64,000 nt of DNA. Source: Tubulanus polymorphus. Lineage: Eukaryota; Animalia; Nemertea. The stretch's first letter is position 1, and the number at the start of each line of letters is the position of its first letter. The DNA is taken from contig NC_134030.1 of the NCBI RefSeq assembly GCF_964204645.1, positions 4,568,778 to 4,632,777 on the forward strand, written 5' to 3'. The notes below the pieces were generated by a model that worked only from the letters and a program-made list of their open reading frames with translations, made no database searches and was not told the origin of the DNA. A program made the position numbers and the translations under genes. Positions 1 to 12,900 of the stretch are shown piece after piece.

Positions 1-2129
1 GTCCTTTAATGATACGAGTAAGATCGTTCTTCAATAGAATTCCTGAAAACTCTTGAGATTCTTTTACGCGCGAGCGAAAATCCAATTCCACGCTGGTAGT
101 TTAGTTGAGTCGTCGAGTGGAACTTTTAAATTGGACAAATGGAATCGTCTCGAGAAACGCAGATTTTTAAATAACGAATGACGATACATGTATGTCCCGG
201 GGCAGGGATACAATCGCAGTTTGTATGGTTGCGTATTCTCTGTGGTTTAAGTCGTGAGTCCTGGTTGATTTGTTTCTTTTGTTATTTCTTAAATGGACAA
301 TTGTAACACCGATGCAGTTTCCAGTTATTGGAAAGTTCACCTAACTCCGGAAACTCTGACCCATAGGCACCATTCTTCTCCTAACGTATGGGGCAGAGAC
401 AGCAAAATGGGATGGGCATTGGTATAACCCATGGTTTCTAAGGGGACACTGCTTTGGATATAAAACCTCTTAGCAGGGAACGTTGAATTAATTTTGTATC
501 AATCCAAATGAATGCAAAATTTTTCGAATATATTTGTTCAGAAATAATGGCACAGCTGTTGATCATGTATATCCTCTAGAGACCCAGAACCCGATTTTGG
601 TCAAATTACCTTCTTATTTGAGAATAACACTTATTTTGGGGTTATATTTTGAGTTTCGGCTTTAAATTTTTTTGGCCCACTTTTTCCCCAAAAATGGTAC
701 AGCCGGCTGTACCTTGCGTCCGTAGAGGATGTAGTTAAAACAAGAGGTGTACGATGCATCCAACCATCTCGTGTTCACAAACTGTCCCGTTAATGGCTGC
801 CTGTGTCGCTGTCGATTCTTGCCGATTATACAAATATATGATGCTGATATGGGACAAATGAATATCATTGACAGGTCGCTGAGCGAGGGTTCGTTGCCGA
901 CGGTAATCACGACGATGATGTATATGTTAGACGAGAGCGAGAAGGCTCCAATTGGCGGTTTTCGATCTTTTGCTTCGATGTCAATAGAAATTGATCTGAG
1001 GAAGCTCAAACTTGTCACCAATCAGCAATGGATAAAATGCAACTAATCGTATGAATTCTTTTGAATCTATATACCCGGAAGTATCAATATTTGACTGAAA
1101 TCGAAAATAGATATGAGTAAGGGAACAGACCCGGGAACTTCGAAAATTGTTTCAATGAGAAAATAAAAATGTGTTATGCCCGGAGAGCACGGCTGAAAGT
1201 AAGTTCATGAAATCGCGGTAAACTGGTTATGTAGCAAATAATCCCTGCAGCAAAATACATAAAAACGGATTTTCTGAATTCATTTTGTCGACAAGAATGG
1301 AATATACCACACCCTCCGACAAACGGTAGAAACAGGATATTCCACACAAGTCGTAACCCGCATTCAAAATAGATTAACTCTGCTTCTTTTTCAAAGATTT
1401 ATTTTTGTCGCAAATGCAAAGTGGATTTCTAAATGGAGTTGTCGCCTTCGCATCCATCGACGTTCTACTTCATCTACAAAACCTGATATCAAATTAACTG
1501 ACGCATCACCTAATGCACGACAACACAAAGATGCTAAATAAATGAACGAGTTACGACCACCTGATGATATTAATTTCGACAAATTGTCATCGTCGTTCTT
1601 TCGTTTGTCGTCGTCATTGGTACAACGTCTAATACGGACACAATATTACAAATGACAATAAATCAGATTAGAAAAAACGCGTTGAATGGATCGAGAATCA
1701 CAAAAGCGGCTTAACCGGAAAAAAAACTAGAAGACGCCACACCTAACATTTCCATTAGGTTTTGGGTCAGTGTCTTGAAATATACCGCGGGAATGAAACG
1801 TTCGAAAAAAAGCTTTCTTCAGTTTCGTAATCAGTAGAACTATTAGCGTTTCCTGCGTTAAATCCTTAAGGAATATTTCTCCTTTATCCTATAGAGTCGT
1901 GTATTTTAGATGAACACCTGCGTTTCGAATGAATACATTAAAAAAGAAAATCGACTGCTGGCGCTACATCGATTCGTTTCGCGTTGAGTTTCACTTTCTC
2001 GTATTTTATGCGAATTACTAATTAAATTCGCTCAGTCTTTCACTCTAGTAGTAGCGGTAGCAAATAAATAGACTTCAAGACATCGAATAAAATGTCTGAA
2101 TTTCTTATTACAGAGCCGAATCTAAGAAA

Positions 2130-2191
2130 ATAGTAAAATCCCGCAATAAATGAATTTAGACATTTCTTCATTTATTGTGGGATTTTATTAT
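2130..2191. repeat. Short inverted repeat / hairpin (25-bp arms, 12-nt loop)
   Basis: ATAGTAAAATCCCGCAATAAATGAA ... TTCATTTATTGTGGGATTTTATTAT; the two mismatches are G:T on the + strand. Confidence 0.75.
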
Positions 2192-4221
2192 CATCGTTTT
2201 ATCACGCAAATTGTGAGCTACAACTTATTCGAATTGTCTCAAGTGATTTTTTCCAGCAAAACCATATAAAAATAATAAACATACGTGTGATTCATTTCAC
2301 ACATGGCCCGATTCAGCCGTCATAAATTACAACTTGTTGTTTATTTTCTTATTATTCATTCATTTCATTCGCCTATTTCTACGTGATATTTTAATTCGGT
2401 GTTCCCGTAATCCCATGTCTTCGACATCAGCCTGTTATCAATGCATGTAAGTATATTTACTGATTGACCGTCCTCGGTCGGTGTAGAATTAGTATAATCA
2501 ATCGTCCTTAAAATAAGGCGTTTATTACAGTTCACGCGCAACCACCGGCTTCTTTCGCCTTGACTGTCCATTAATCTGATGAGAAAACCGATCTACAAAT
2601 GGTACTGACATTGAAAGAATGACGGTGGAAGGTCATTGCAACGAATTATTGTCAATTCCAAGTATTTCATTTATTTAGTGTATGATTATAATATTTGCAC
2701 CTCATAAGGTCGGAGCGTTTTAGACTAATTGTTTGTTTTTTTCTTGCCGATCCTAATCCATCTGTGCGGAGAATATATATTCCTTTCAAATGCGTGAATG
2801 TGTCGAAATCGCTATCGATGTTTTGTAATTACAGTTTATTTGTCACCATTAACCATCGAGTGAACAGTTTTTCATATCGACTTTTCATGTCTCAAAATGT
2901 TTGTGGATTATTCTTAGCCAGATACCTTCAAATCTAATAAGAATAGAATGGATAAAATGCCTAAAATCTCAACTGCTACCAGCCGTACAAACAACGGGTC
3001 CTCTGTCGATGCTAATTTCTGCTGATAAAAACTGAATGATAAAGTTATCATGATACTCGTTGCGAAATTCAAGAAATGCGTTCAGGGCTGAAAGATACAT
3101 TAATTTAGCGATTTTATCATTGAAACGCGTAGAAGCAGTACATGTATGCCATCATTTCATCCAGTCTAAATCAATGAAGGAATAAGGGGCCCGTGCGTGG
3201 GTGGAAGCCTAAGAATTACGCTAGTGAACCTAACACTGTTAATGGCGATACTAACTGAGTTATGCCGATGATGACCTTTTCTTGGCCCACGCTCTTTTAC
3301 AGTGAGGCATATGAAGACAGGCGTGCGAAGCTCGATAATTGGTCTATGCGCATCATCGACGGATTGTCAATGTGAACGTCCATCCCTACCTAGGATTTGC
3401 CTCCATTACTTCCATTCGAACCTTATCGAACTCTCATAATGCTACCGCTTTCAAACATATTCGTGCTAAGAATAGAACACAAAAATAGCTGTGTCATCGT
3501 ATATTCATATTGGATCGCGAGTGCAACCATGAATCACTGCGTCATCAATATTGGGACTGGTAGCCGGTGAATCCAAATCAATACGATTCAATTGTCAATA
3601 TATTCAAATTCAAAACAAATTCTTAAGGCGTCAATAACATTTGAAGTTAGATTCTGATATTCAAGGACGCAATCGTAGCATATCTGTTTCTATTTCTATT
3701 TTAAACCTCCATGTATTTAGATTCGAGGTTTGCGAGCATCAGAAAACGAAAAAACAAAAAAATGAATTTTAAACGTGAGCTGCCCGTTAACTCATTAAGA
3801 CAAATCTTGTCTCTAGCGCACGTGGTAAAAGCATTCGCTATCATTAAAGCAGTCAACAATAATTGAGTTTCCATTAAGCCGAATGAACAGCTACTCGGTT
3901 CGAGATGTTTTAACGTGAGCTATACGTCGCACATCTCTCAGTCAGACCCCGTCTCCGCTCGTAAAGCAACTTTATCGTACTAATTGCGTCGATGTTGAGT
4001 TTAATGACTATCGAAAACAGCTAGCCGATTCCGATTGCTCCGTGTCACGATACAAATATACATACTCATAAATGTCAACGAACACTATACTGACGAAGAA
4101 TACCACAAGATATCTTCGAAAATTAGCGATGATTCAAATTTCTCTGATACTGTGATATTTACGTAAGTCTTATGTCGTAAATTCTTTCTCCGTTTCAGTT
4201 TGACTTCAACGCTGTCGCAGC

Positions 4222-4392
4222 TACGGTGTCTCGGAGGTGAAATGGTGAGAATTAAATATGTTTTTTTTCGTGGGAACGAAATAACCTTTTCGTAGCTACG
4301 GAAAACATTTCGTTCGAACGAAAAGATCATTTCGTCCCCACGAAAAAAAACCACATTTTTGTTTTTCAACGTATCACCTCCGGGGCTCCTTA
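4222..4392. mobile_element. Degenerate MITE with ~19-bp TIRs and an internal palindrome
   Basis: Left end TACGGTGTCTCGGAGGTGA resembles the reverse complement of right end TCACCTCCGGGGCTCCTTA; internal inverted arms TTTTTTTTCGTGGGAACGAAAT / ATTTCGTCCCCACGAAAAAAAA. Confidence 0.55.
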
Positions 4393-4460
4393 CGTATCCA
4401 CGTGAAATATATTCCCAATTGTAAACTAAAAATTGTAACTGCTAGTTTGCCTTGGTGATC

Positions 4461-4752
4461 CATCCTCCCCCGGCAGGGATTCGAACCTGATGGCATCGAG
4501 ATTGCCACGGCACGAAACCCTGCCATAATCGACCGTGCGCGCAGATACATGCGCAGTTCAGATGATGTGATTTTTAGCCAATCAAAAATCCCGTTTTATT
4601 TTAGCCCGGGTTTTCCCATTTATAGTTCTTCCTTGAAATTTGCCTCAACGATTATACAACGAGCAATCTGATTGGTGCCGCCAGTTTTCGTTCGGAAACC
4701 GTGGCTGAGTGTAGCGATGCCATCAGGTTCGAGTCCCTGCAGAGGGAGGATG
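4461..4752. mobile_element. 292-bp MITE with 38-bp TIRs and 8-bp TSD (hAT- or P-like non-autonomous element)
   Basis: TIR CATCCTCCCCCGGCAGGGATTCGAACCTGATGGCATCG versus CGATGCCATCAGGTTCGAGTCCCTGCAGAGGGAGGATG (3 mismatches); perfect TSD TGGTGATC at 4453-4460 and 4753-4760. Confidence 0.9.
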
Positions 4753-7238
4753 TGGTGATCAAGTTTACATTAAACTCTTCGTCATGGGTGAAATTCAGAA
4801 ATTACTGAAATTCAACCCAATAATAGGAAATTAGATATTGTTCATGTATATGGACATCCCCTATACAAGTTTATTTTGAATTGGTCCACCGATGCACTTG
4901 TACGCATTGACACCGCAATTCACTCTTTATGTTTTTTATCACTTGTTTTTCGAATTCATCAAATATTTACGGCCCTTCATCGATTGTTATATTTGTTTTC
5001 TTGTGACAGTGTCGACGCAGTCTGGCGCGCTAAGATACATCGGTACAGCAATATCATATACACGCACGTGGGCGCGATTCCGTATCGCCGCGATTAATTC
5101 GACCCTACAGCACATATAGAATATCGCCATCATGCGTTTCGCAGTTCGCTTCTTCGTTATAGAATAGAACACAAAAGAAAAGTATCTAGAAAGTTTTAAA
5201 ATGATCGTATAGTCTCATGACAGATAATTTCCTCACTACATATCGCAACTCGAAACACCGTGAATCTTAGTACATCCCCGGGAAATGAGCCGGGAATCAA
5301 CTTTCACAACACCCACAGAAATTCAAGGGGTTTTCATCTTTTATTTCGAAATGTGCGAAACGCGATAAATGTTAACACCAAAAAGCTCGATTGATATAGA
5401 CCCTGGGGATACCCAGACGTTCTACACTCGACGTTTCAGATTTAAACTGATCTACTTCCTTAGAAACTTTTGTTCTTAATATTAAGGAGATTTGAATTCA
5501 TATAAGATGAATGACAATTTACGAAAATTGGAGAAAGAATGGATATAAACTAAATGTCTCTGATCACTGCCTGATTTTAAACTTGATACAAAGACAAGCT
5601 AGTGTTTAAGGTCGGTTACCATGGACTTACGGGGTATGGTAATTATATACATATACGTAGTAATATTGAATAATGCTTGACTACATGACATATGGTTTAG
5701 TATTTCACGAATCTGCACTATGGATGTAATTCTAAAAATCTTGCAGTTCTCGCGAATAAGTCCCGTGGGATGACTTCAATCGAAAATATCATGCAGTACT
5801 TCGGGAAAACGTTCCACTCGACCAAGTTTTAAAGCATCGTAAATTAAAACCTAGTCGACGTTAATGAAATGAGCCGTTAGGGTTGCGAAATTCAGGTGTT
5901 AGAAGACGCTTTGTCTCACGTGCTTGCGGAACCTATGGGCAGATGAGTCATTCGTTCGGGCGAATCATCATTTGTTTAATCAAAACACAACAGGACAATA
6001 TCGCTGACGACAGATAACAGGAGAGTAGAGCTCTAGGCGTATTTCAACTGGCAGAAATACACGAGTAAATAGAATCTTGTGTAAAATTCCGTCGGGTTTC
6101 GTCGAGTTACTGAAAAGAATTTTTTCCGTTTCGAAGCTGGAGAGCGCCAAGAATCCATTATGTCACACAATATTATGCCTTTGTAAAAAAGTCTAACTCG
6201 GTAAACAATATACTTCTTCTAGTTTGCTAAGTATCTATACTTTCACGTCTCCAGTTTATGACTAGTAAAACTGTCGGCACTGAGGATACGCAGGCGAAAA
6301 GATTTATCTAGCTCCAGATAAAAACTAAACTCGTTATCATCAAAAACATGTATACAACATATACATTAGACCTAACACGAATCATAACATTGCGGCTTTG
6401 CAAATGTCGATGATAGTCGTAATATTTCCACTTTGCTGCTGTTATGATCAATCGAAATCATATCGCCAGATAACACAAATAACACCCATGAATAGTATAT
6501 ACTTTATCCGATTTAAAAAGGCGTACTGTGTGTTTGTGATCTCTTTTGCTACGAGTTTCGAATCGAACTGGCTGAATTGATACAGTTGATCCGATGCGCT
6601 TAGTTTCCGCATCACTCGATAAAACGCTATTGATGTTAATGTTGCTAGTTGCTATTAAACTCTGTCAGCCGAATTAGACTGTCACATTTTTTGGATCATA
6701 ATATTTTATGAACAAGTATCAAGTATCAGTCATCGCGCTGTTTAAACGGCGGGCCTGAAACGATCCATTACGATTATATATAGATATACATAACAGGAAA
6801 TGGAATTGAATTTAATATTCAAATTAACATTCCATTGGTTCTGTAGGGCGTGGGCATTAAATAGCGTATTCACTGGAATCGCTCGGAAAGGTATTTCACG
6901 AACTATGCGTGGGTAACTTTCTATTTTTGATAGCCTATCGGTGAAGTTTGTTGCACATGATGCCGAATATTTATTCATAGCATCTCACGATTTAGAGCAT
7001 GTTTCATTGATTTCAAGAGATTAATTCGGGTTTAACACGTCATGTTATACACAACTTGCTTGAATCGGAATTGAACTCAACGTGATTTGATAAAACCTTC
7101 AATACTGGACACATCAAACTAAATGTATCTAGATTTCATGTCATCAGATGCATCATCAATAGCTTCAACTCAGTGGAGATAATTCAGCCGTGTTGAGTGT
7201 CGAAACATGAAAATGAACAATTCAGTATTATTAATTCA

Positions 7239-7285
7239 GTATTCCTGAAGATGACTACAGTAGGTTGTAGTCGAAACGTCGATAC
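7239..7285 (+). ncRNA. Minimal type I hammerhead ribozyme motif (Penelope-like pLTR type)
   Basis: CTGAAGA (7245-7251), T, stem II GACTACAG-TAGG-TTGTAGTC, GAAA-CGTC; stem I imperfect (GTATTC/GATAC). Confidence 0.7.
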
Positions 7286-7300
7286 AATTAAGAAATACTT

Positions 7301-7367
7301 AAAAATAATTTGTCCGAAATGTTTCTCGTGAGCTGCTCATGAGAAACATTTCGGACGAATTATTTTT
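7301..7367. repeat. Near-perfect 67-bp palindrome
   Basis: AAAAATAATTTGTCCGAAATGTTTCTCGTGAGC-T-GCTCATGAGAAACATTTCGGACGAATTATTTTT, two G:T mismatches. Confidence 0.9.
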
Positions 7368-9864
7368 CAGTGTGGGATTTTCAATATATTGTTGTAATCC
7401 GACAGTTTTTAAGCGCGACTTGATAATTACTGGCACCACTAACAGTACGATCAACGATCACAGTAGCAGAATTAATAGATGCTTTCAAAAACTGTATTCC
7501 GCAGCTGGTTTCAAACCTAGCAACGATCAACAAGCGACACAACGAGACAACCTAGAAATAGGCATAAAATGCCTCCTGTTGGTTGTAACCGATACGATAC
7601 GATAGTACGATAATGGTATTCAAAGATTTCGTCTTTGAGTTGTGATATCGTCGCCAAGAATATCGTAATTTCTCCTACGTGCACTTACAAATTAGCTTTC
7701 ATGGCTCACTGAAGTACAATAACATTAGTTCTTTAATGTTTGCTAATAATCGCTGTCGCCCTTAACAACATTATCTTTGATAATATCTGCAAACGCTGCG
7801 ACGTCGATCTTCTAAACGGTGGCAACGGTTAAGTCCACACAAAAAGGGGAGAGCGTATAATAACTTACCGAGAATTTAACAGAACGGTCTTGGCATTTCG
7901 AGAATTGCATTGGCATTAAAATATGATTCGGGAGACATCTTGTATAGAAAAAGATGGCCCATGTCCTATATACGGCATATTTAGGGTAACTTTTGAGTAA
8001 ATCAGAGGAATATAAAAATGTAATAATGCACAAGCTAAAATGTGAAAGTGAAGTATCATCGAACTCAAAGAGATTCCATAAAAGTAGGTGACGTATTATA
8101 CAGCCGATGACAAGCGATACCGCGCACGCACCCTTCCTTAGTTTCGTAAACTCCACGAGGCCAAAAATTGGCAATACTCACAATTCGAATGAAATGAATA
8201 AAGATTAAGAAATTACGATATCGCTTATGTATGCGAGTGTGTATATAAACTACTCTGACGGTATCAACAAGCAAGGCCCGTATCGTCACCCGCTAGCGAT
8301 AACTAACTAGGTGTCGTCAGCCACCATCAGGCGAGCATCGAGAAAAATTAAAAGCTATTCAACTATTCCCCGATTCAATTTGCCGTTATATTGTCTGCGC
8401 ATAAGCCCAAAGCGAAGCCGCAAATCCTACTTCTCTAGACAGACACAATGATATGATAAGAGTAGTTTAAGAAAATGACAAGAGCGTGTTTTCATATCTT
8501 ATAAAAGTGTACTGTCCTTATCCGTTCCTCCATTGATTTCTTCACCAGTCGTCGCTTAAATCAAAAAGCAGTGTGGTAAACCGACCTGCCGGACCACACC
8601 CGTTAACAATAGATCTTCATACGCGTTCAAAACACAATATAGAAATAGTATTCCTTGTAATTTTTAGCAAAAATATTGAATACAGAAATCGAAACGGTTT
8701 AGACTTATATCGATCGTACGTCGATTATTTTTACGAAACGTATTTTCATTTATTTTCGTGAAGGTCAAATGGCCCTCATTGTCATTCTAAATATACGCAT
8801 CACGGGCAAAATAATCTTTTTCATAATCAATTGATTTTTCTTTCAAAAGGTTTTAGATATTCTCTATATATATTTACAAATAAAACGTTGATGGAATTGA
8901 TCGATTGTTTGAACTCGAAACAATAGTTAAACTTAGAATCATTGGATTTATTTTACTCCAAGGCCGAGTGGCAATTATAGAAGTCTGCAAAAACTTGTTT
9001 TTTTGGCAGGGGAATTGTTGTGGTAATGGATAAGTCGTTGTAAGGACCATTCACAAAACCATTCCCCGCATCCTTTCTTATAAGATAAACGAGGCAAAAA
9101 GAATGACGCGCATAGAACCATTGCGTGTATGTCTATTCAAACCAAAACCCCGGTAGACTTTTCGATTTCTACCTCACGCCGCCTTGAAGAAGAAATTGAA
9201 TTAAGAAATATGATTAAATTAAATCTACTCCACACACTCACACACTCTTTCCCTCTCACTTTCAGCAACGAAAATCAGCTCACCGAAAGCACACCGAGAC
9301 TCGACGACAAAACGGACGTCAACGGAGCGAATTTGTAATTCCGGCAGCGGTAATTTTAACGCTACATTTAACCATAATAGCCTTATAAATAAAATTCACA
9401 TTATTTATACATCAGATTTCTACGGAATCGTCCTGATGAATATTATGTATTTGACATTTGCCTCCGATGTGACACATTTGATGCCGGATCAAACGTATCA
9501 ATGGCGAAGCTTTAACGCGATTTATTTCTAAAGCGTCGAAAGTCCCGAAGCGAGTTCCCTGTGAACTTTTTCTAGAAGTTTTGCATTCTAGAGGATTGAC
9601 ACAGCCCGAAGCGTGTTTCTCTGTCAGTTAGAATTTTTTTCTGAAATTAAATATAGTCAAAAGTCCGTTAAATTCGTAATAATCAATTCGTATTTTCACT
9701 TATTTTGTTGGTATTTTTCACACATTCTACAGTGATTCAGTCACACATTACGTATTTCACTGACTTCGTTTTTTTCTCTTGTTTCTCTCTTTTTTTACTT
9801 TCGTTTTCATTCGTAGGTGAGAATCGTCGCGAATTTGTTATATTCAGAAATGAATCACGGGTTG

Positions 9865-9951
9865 TCAGTTAGAATTAACTCCTAATTAAAGTTCATATTC
9901 AAAGAGTTGACTCTGAGTCAAATCTGAAATCAGAACTGAGGAACTGGTCCC
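9865..9951 (-). mobile_element. Partial copy of a small MITE family (related to 18843-18950)
   Basis: Reverse complement GGGACCAGTTCCTCAGTTCTGATTTCAGATTTGACTCAGAGTCAACTCTTTGAATATGAACT aligns with GGACCCAGTTCCACAGTTCTGTGGTTAGATTTGACTCTGAGTTAACTCTCTGAAAATGAACT at 18843. Confidence 0.7.
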
Positions 9952-12900
9952 AGACTATGTTGTAGACGAAAAAAACGTTAGTACGGTATAAGAATATTTA
10001 TATGGGATTCGTGACAGATACGGGGAGCACTGAGAACTATGTCACTAGAAACGACACGTCACCGTGTGTTAAATAGTTTAGCTAGTGAAGTTGGTAGAAA
10101 CTTTGCCACCTCCGAGGTTAGATTAAGCGATTTAGGATTCGAGGTATCTAATCGCCTACGGTTGTCAGACTTCACTCATATTCGGCGATCAATCTATTTC
10201 GCGAGAGATCGTAATATTGAATGGCCATCGAGTTAACCTGATTCTCCAAGCAGCTCACGTTCGTTCAATTCATTTCCTCTCGGGTGTCATAACCTGTTAC
10301 GGCCGCCGTACTGGTGTGAACATTATACGCGACAAGTCAAACGATAATTCACCCGTACACCTGTGATCTGAATTTGCCAAAGCTTTTACCGAACAGTCGT
10401 CCGTCGGTCGCCGAGAACGGCGCAATTCCGTTCGACGTAAAAACTCGGCGGCGTCGCTAATAGGTTCGACGGCAAACCAGCGGCCGATGACGACGGATTA
10501 AACACGATTCGAGGACGCCTGCGAATTAACCAGCACCCGCAGAGATCAGACGGTTTTATTGACATCGTGGATTACACACCACTCGTCTCGATAAAATCGA
10601 CAACGCATAAAGTGTTAGATCAAATATGAAGGCGCACCGCATAACAAATTCCCGATCACCAGAAACACGTTGTTTGCTCATTAAAATGTTTCTCGTTCGG
10701 GCGTTACGTTGAAATCATCGGTATGCACACTACACGATAAGCCGCGTGAAATCGCATTGGAAGCTAGAATATTCAACGTACAAACGATAAGCCCCGGGAA
10801 GTTCATCATGTCGTCATCTTTCCAAATTGTTACAAGTCGTATTCATATAATTTTGTAGAAAAAAAACGTATTTCAATATAATTATTTCTGGGTGGATTCG
10901 AAGACTTGAAGCAAATTATTGAACTGTATACATCGCAATTTCATCGCGTTATTCCTAATTGCACTTTCAGTGACAAAATATGCCGCACCTGGGGCAGCAG
11001 TTTCACTTAACATTCTAGATCTAAATGCAAAATATGCTCATTTAATTCATAAAATTTCGAATTTACGGAGATTTTCATCAAGTGTAGAAACGCGAAAAAC
11101 AAGAGAGATAACGCGCAGAGGAAGTCGGTCTTCATTGTTAAATTAGTAGCGTCGATTTTGCAGGGTGCGGACAAAATATTCCGTCAACTGCAGGGTTTGA
11201 ATAGATTATCGATGATCTCATTTTAAGAATTTCTACGCGGAGCGTGATTTAACGGAAAGAAGATCTCGCGAAATCGATGATTCAATCAACGCGCGGAATC
11301 AAAGGAAGTCGAGTTCTCACGGAAAACACGGATAATATTCACGCGTAACGAACATTTCGTTAAAATCAATTACTTTCAGTTAAAGTTACGCGATTAAGAC
11401 TATAAATTACATCTGAAACATAAGCCGCGATCACACGGAGACTATTGGTCCGGGTCAAACTGTCATGGACCAGACCCGAGTCGATGGTATTTCGAACCGG
11501 GCCTGGTCCGACGCTTTAGGTCGGGCTGAGAGAAATATATTGCAAACCTACATGTGAGAGGGATATCAATCAATGATATGTATTTCAAATACTAATTAGT
11601 GATCATTCAGACTTCGGCGCCAATTTTCGTGCATTGAAATTATCAAATAGAGTTAACGACATGGCATCGGTCGGTATTTGTTGAGTTAGGTATTACTGAC
11701 AGGGAAAGCGTAATTCGGACCAATGGGAAAATCGAATAAACTAACAGGTGATACGCGCATTATTGACATTGAAATGCGTGTCTAATTCATTGTAATGTGC
11801 TCGAAATGCAGTCATTAGGCGTCTTAGTGGCCGTCGCCCAGCCGTTGACTTCGAAGTATCGATGTTATTCTCTTGGCAAACTACGGACCTCCCAGCAATC
11901 GCATGAGGTGCCAATTAATCAATGCTATTAATTGCTAGCTGGCTCGGTTATTAGCGATGCAGTTACCGAGAAGCTGGAGCTAATATGCCTCGGCAATAAC
12001 CAGCGCGTACCGAATTAATTTACGGGCGTTTTAATAACATTTCTATCGTTCGTGAATAAGGTTTTTCACCGATCGAGTGCTTTCTGAAAGGCCACGAAAT
12101 ATGCGTTATGTAGACGCTGATTCTTGTCTCGCGATTCACGTATTTGCCTCGGTTTATCCTCAATCCTGAAAACCTACGGCCACTAATAATCATACATATT
12201 CACAGATGAAAATTCTTCGATCAAATATAGTAGATTATTTCTCGATTTAAAACCCGTAGGCATCGTAAATCGTTTCAAGCACGTATTTTACAGTACGATT
12301 TAAAATCATTATCCAAGAACCCGCAGCGATTTGGAATAGTGGAAAGAGAATAAAATGCACAAACATGAAACAGCTATTGCGATCAATGGCTTAGTTTACA
12401 ATAACTAAAATAATTGTAGTTAATTCGCTTTGTTTGTTTTCTGGCCCTTTTAACGATTGATTTAACTGTTTTTAAATCGGGTTTCAGCTTTCAGACCGGT
12501 TCTAGCGCACGCCCGCGTCTATTTGAAATTCGACTTCAGCACTTTACAAGTTTACCTTTTCAGCTAAACGAAACAAATACTCTAATTTCAAATTTCGAAG
12601 CGATTTAAAAAATCGTGTGGAAATGCATTTAACATCGAAGAATGTTCTAGTGATAGGATTCTAATCGCGTGTTATATGAATACTTGCTTCGGGGAATCTT
12701 TGAAAACTTCTAACGAAAGGGTACCCGAAAATTACTTCAGTCACGCACTAACTATATCGTGCTAACCAATGATTGGATGTGATTTTCTATCGTAATTTCG
12801 AATTTGTCATCGATATTTTTATAAGTTGATACAGAGTTCTCGGTCTATTAATAAATATGATATCGCGGGAGGCGTAGCTAATTCTGCTCAAAACTATTAC

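Noticed and set aside
696-713. Palindrome GGTACAGCCGGCTGTACC as a Helitron 3' hairpin
   Set aside because: No clear CTRR terminus or 5' TC end could be assigned.
662-1046. Overlapping ~100-120 aa ORFs on both strands
   Set aside because: Non-ATG starts, no domain motifs, no supporting splice structure.
7256-7272. Resemblance to let-7 (AGTAGGTTGTA)
   Set aside because: The seed TGAGGTAG is absent; the sequence is explained as hammerhead stem II.
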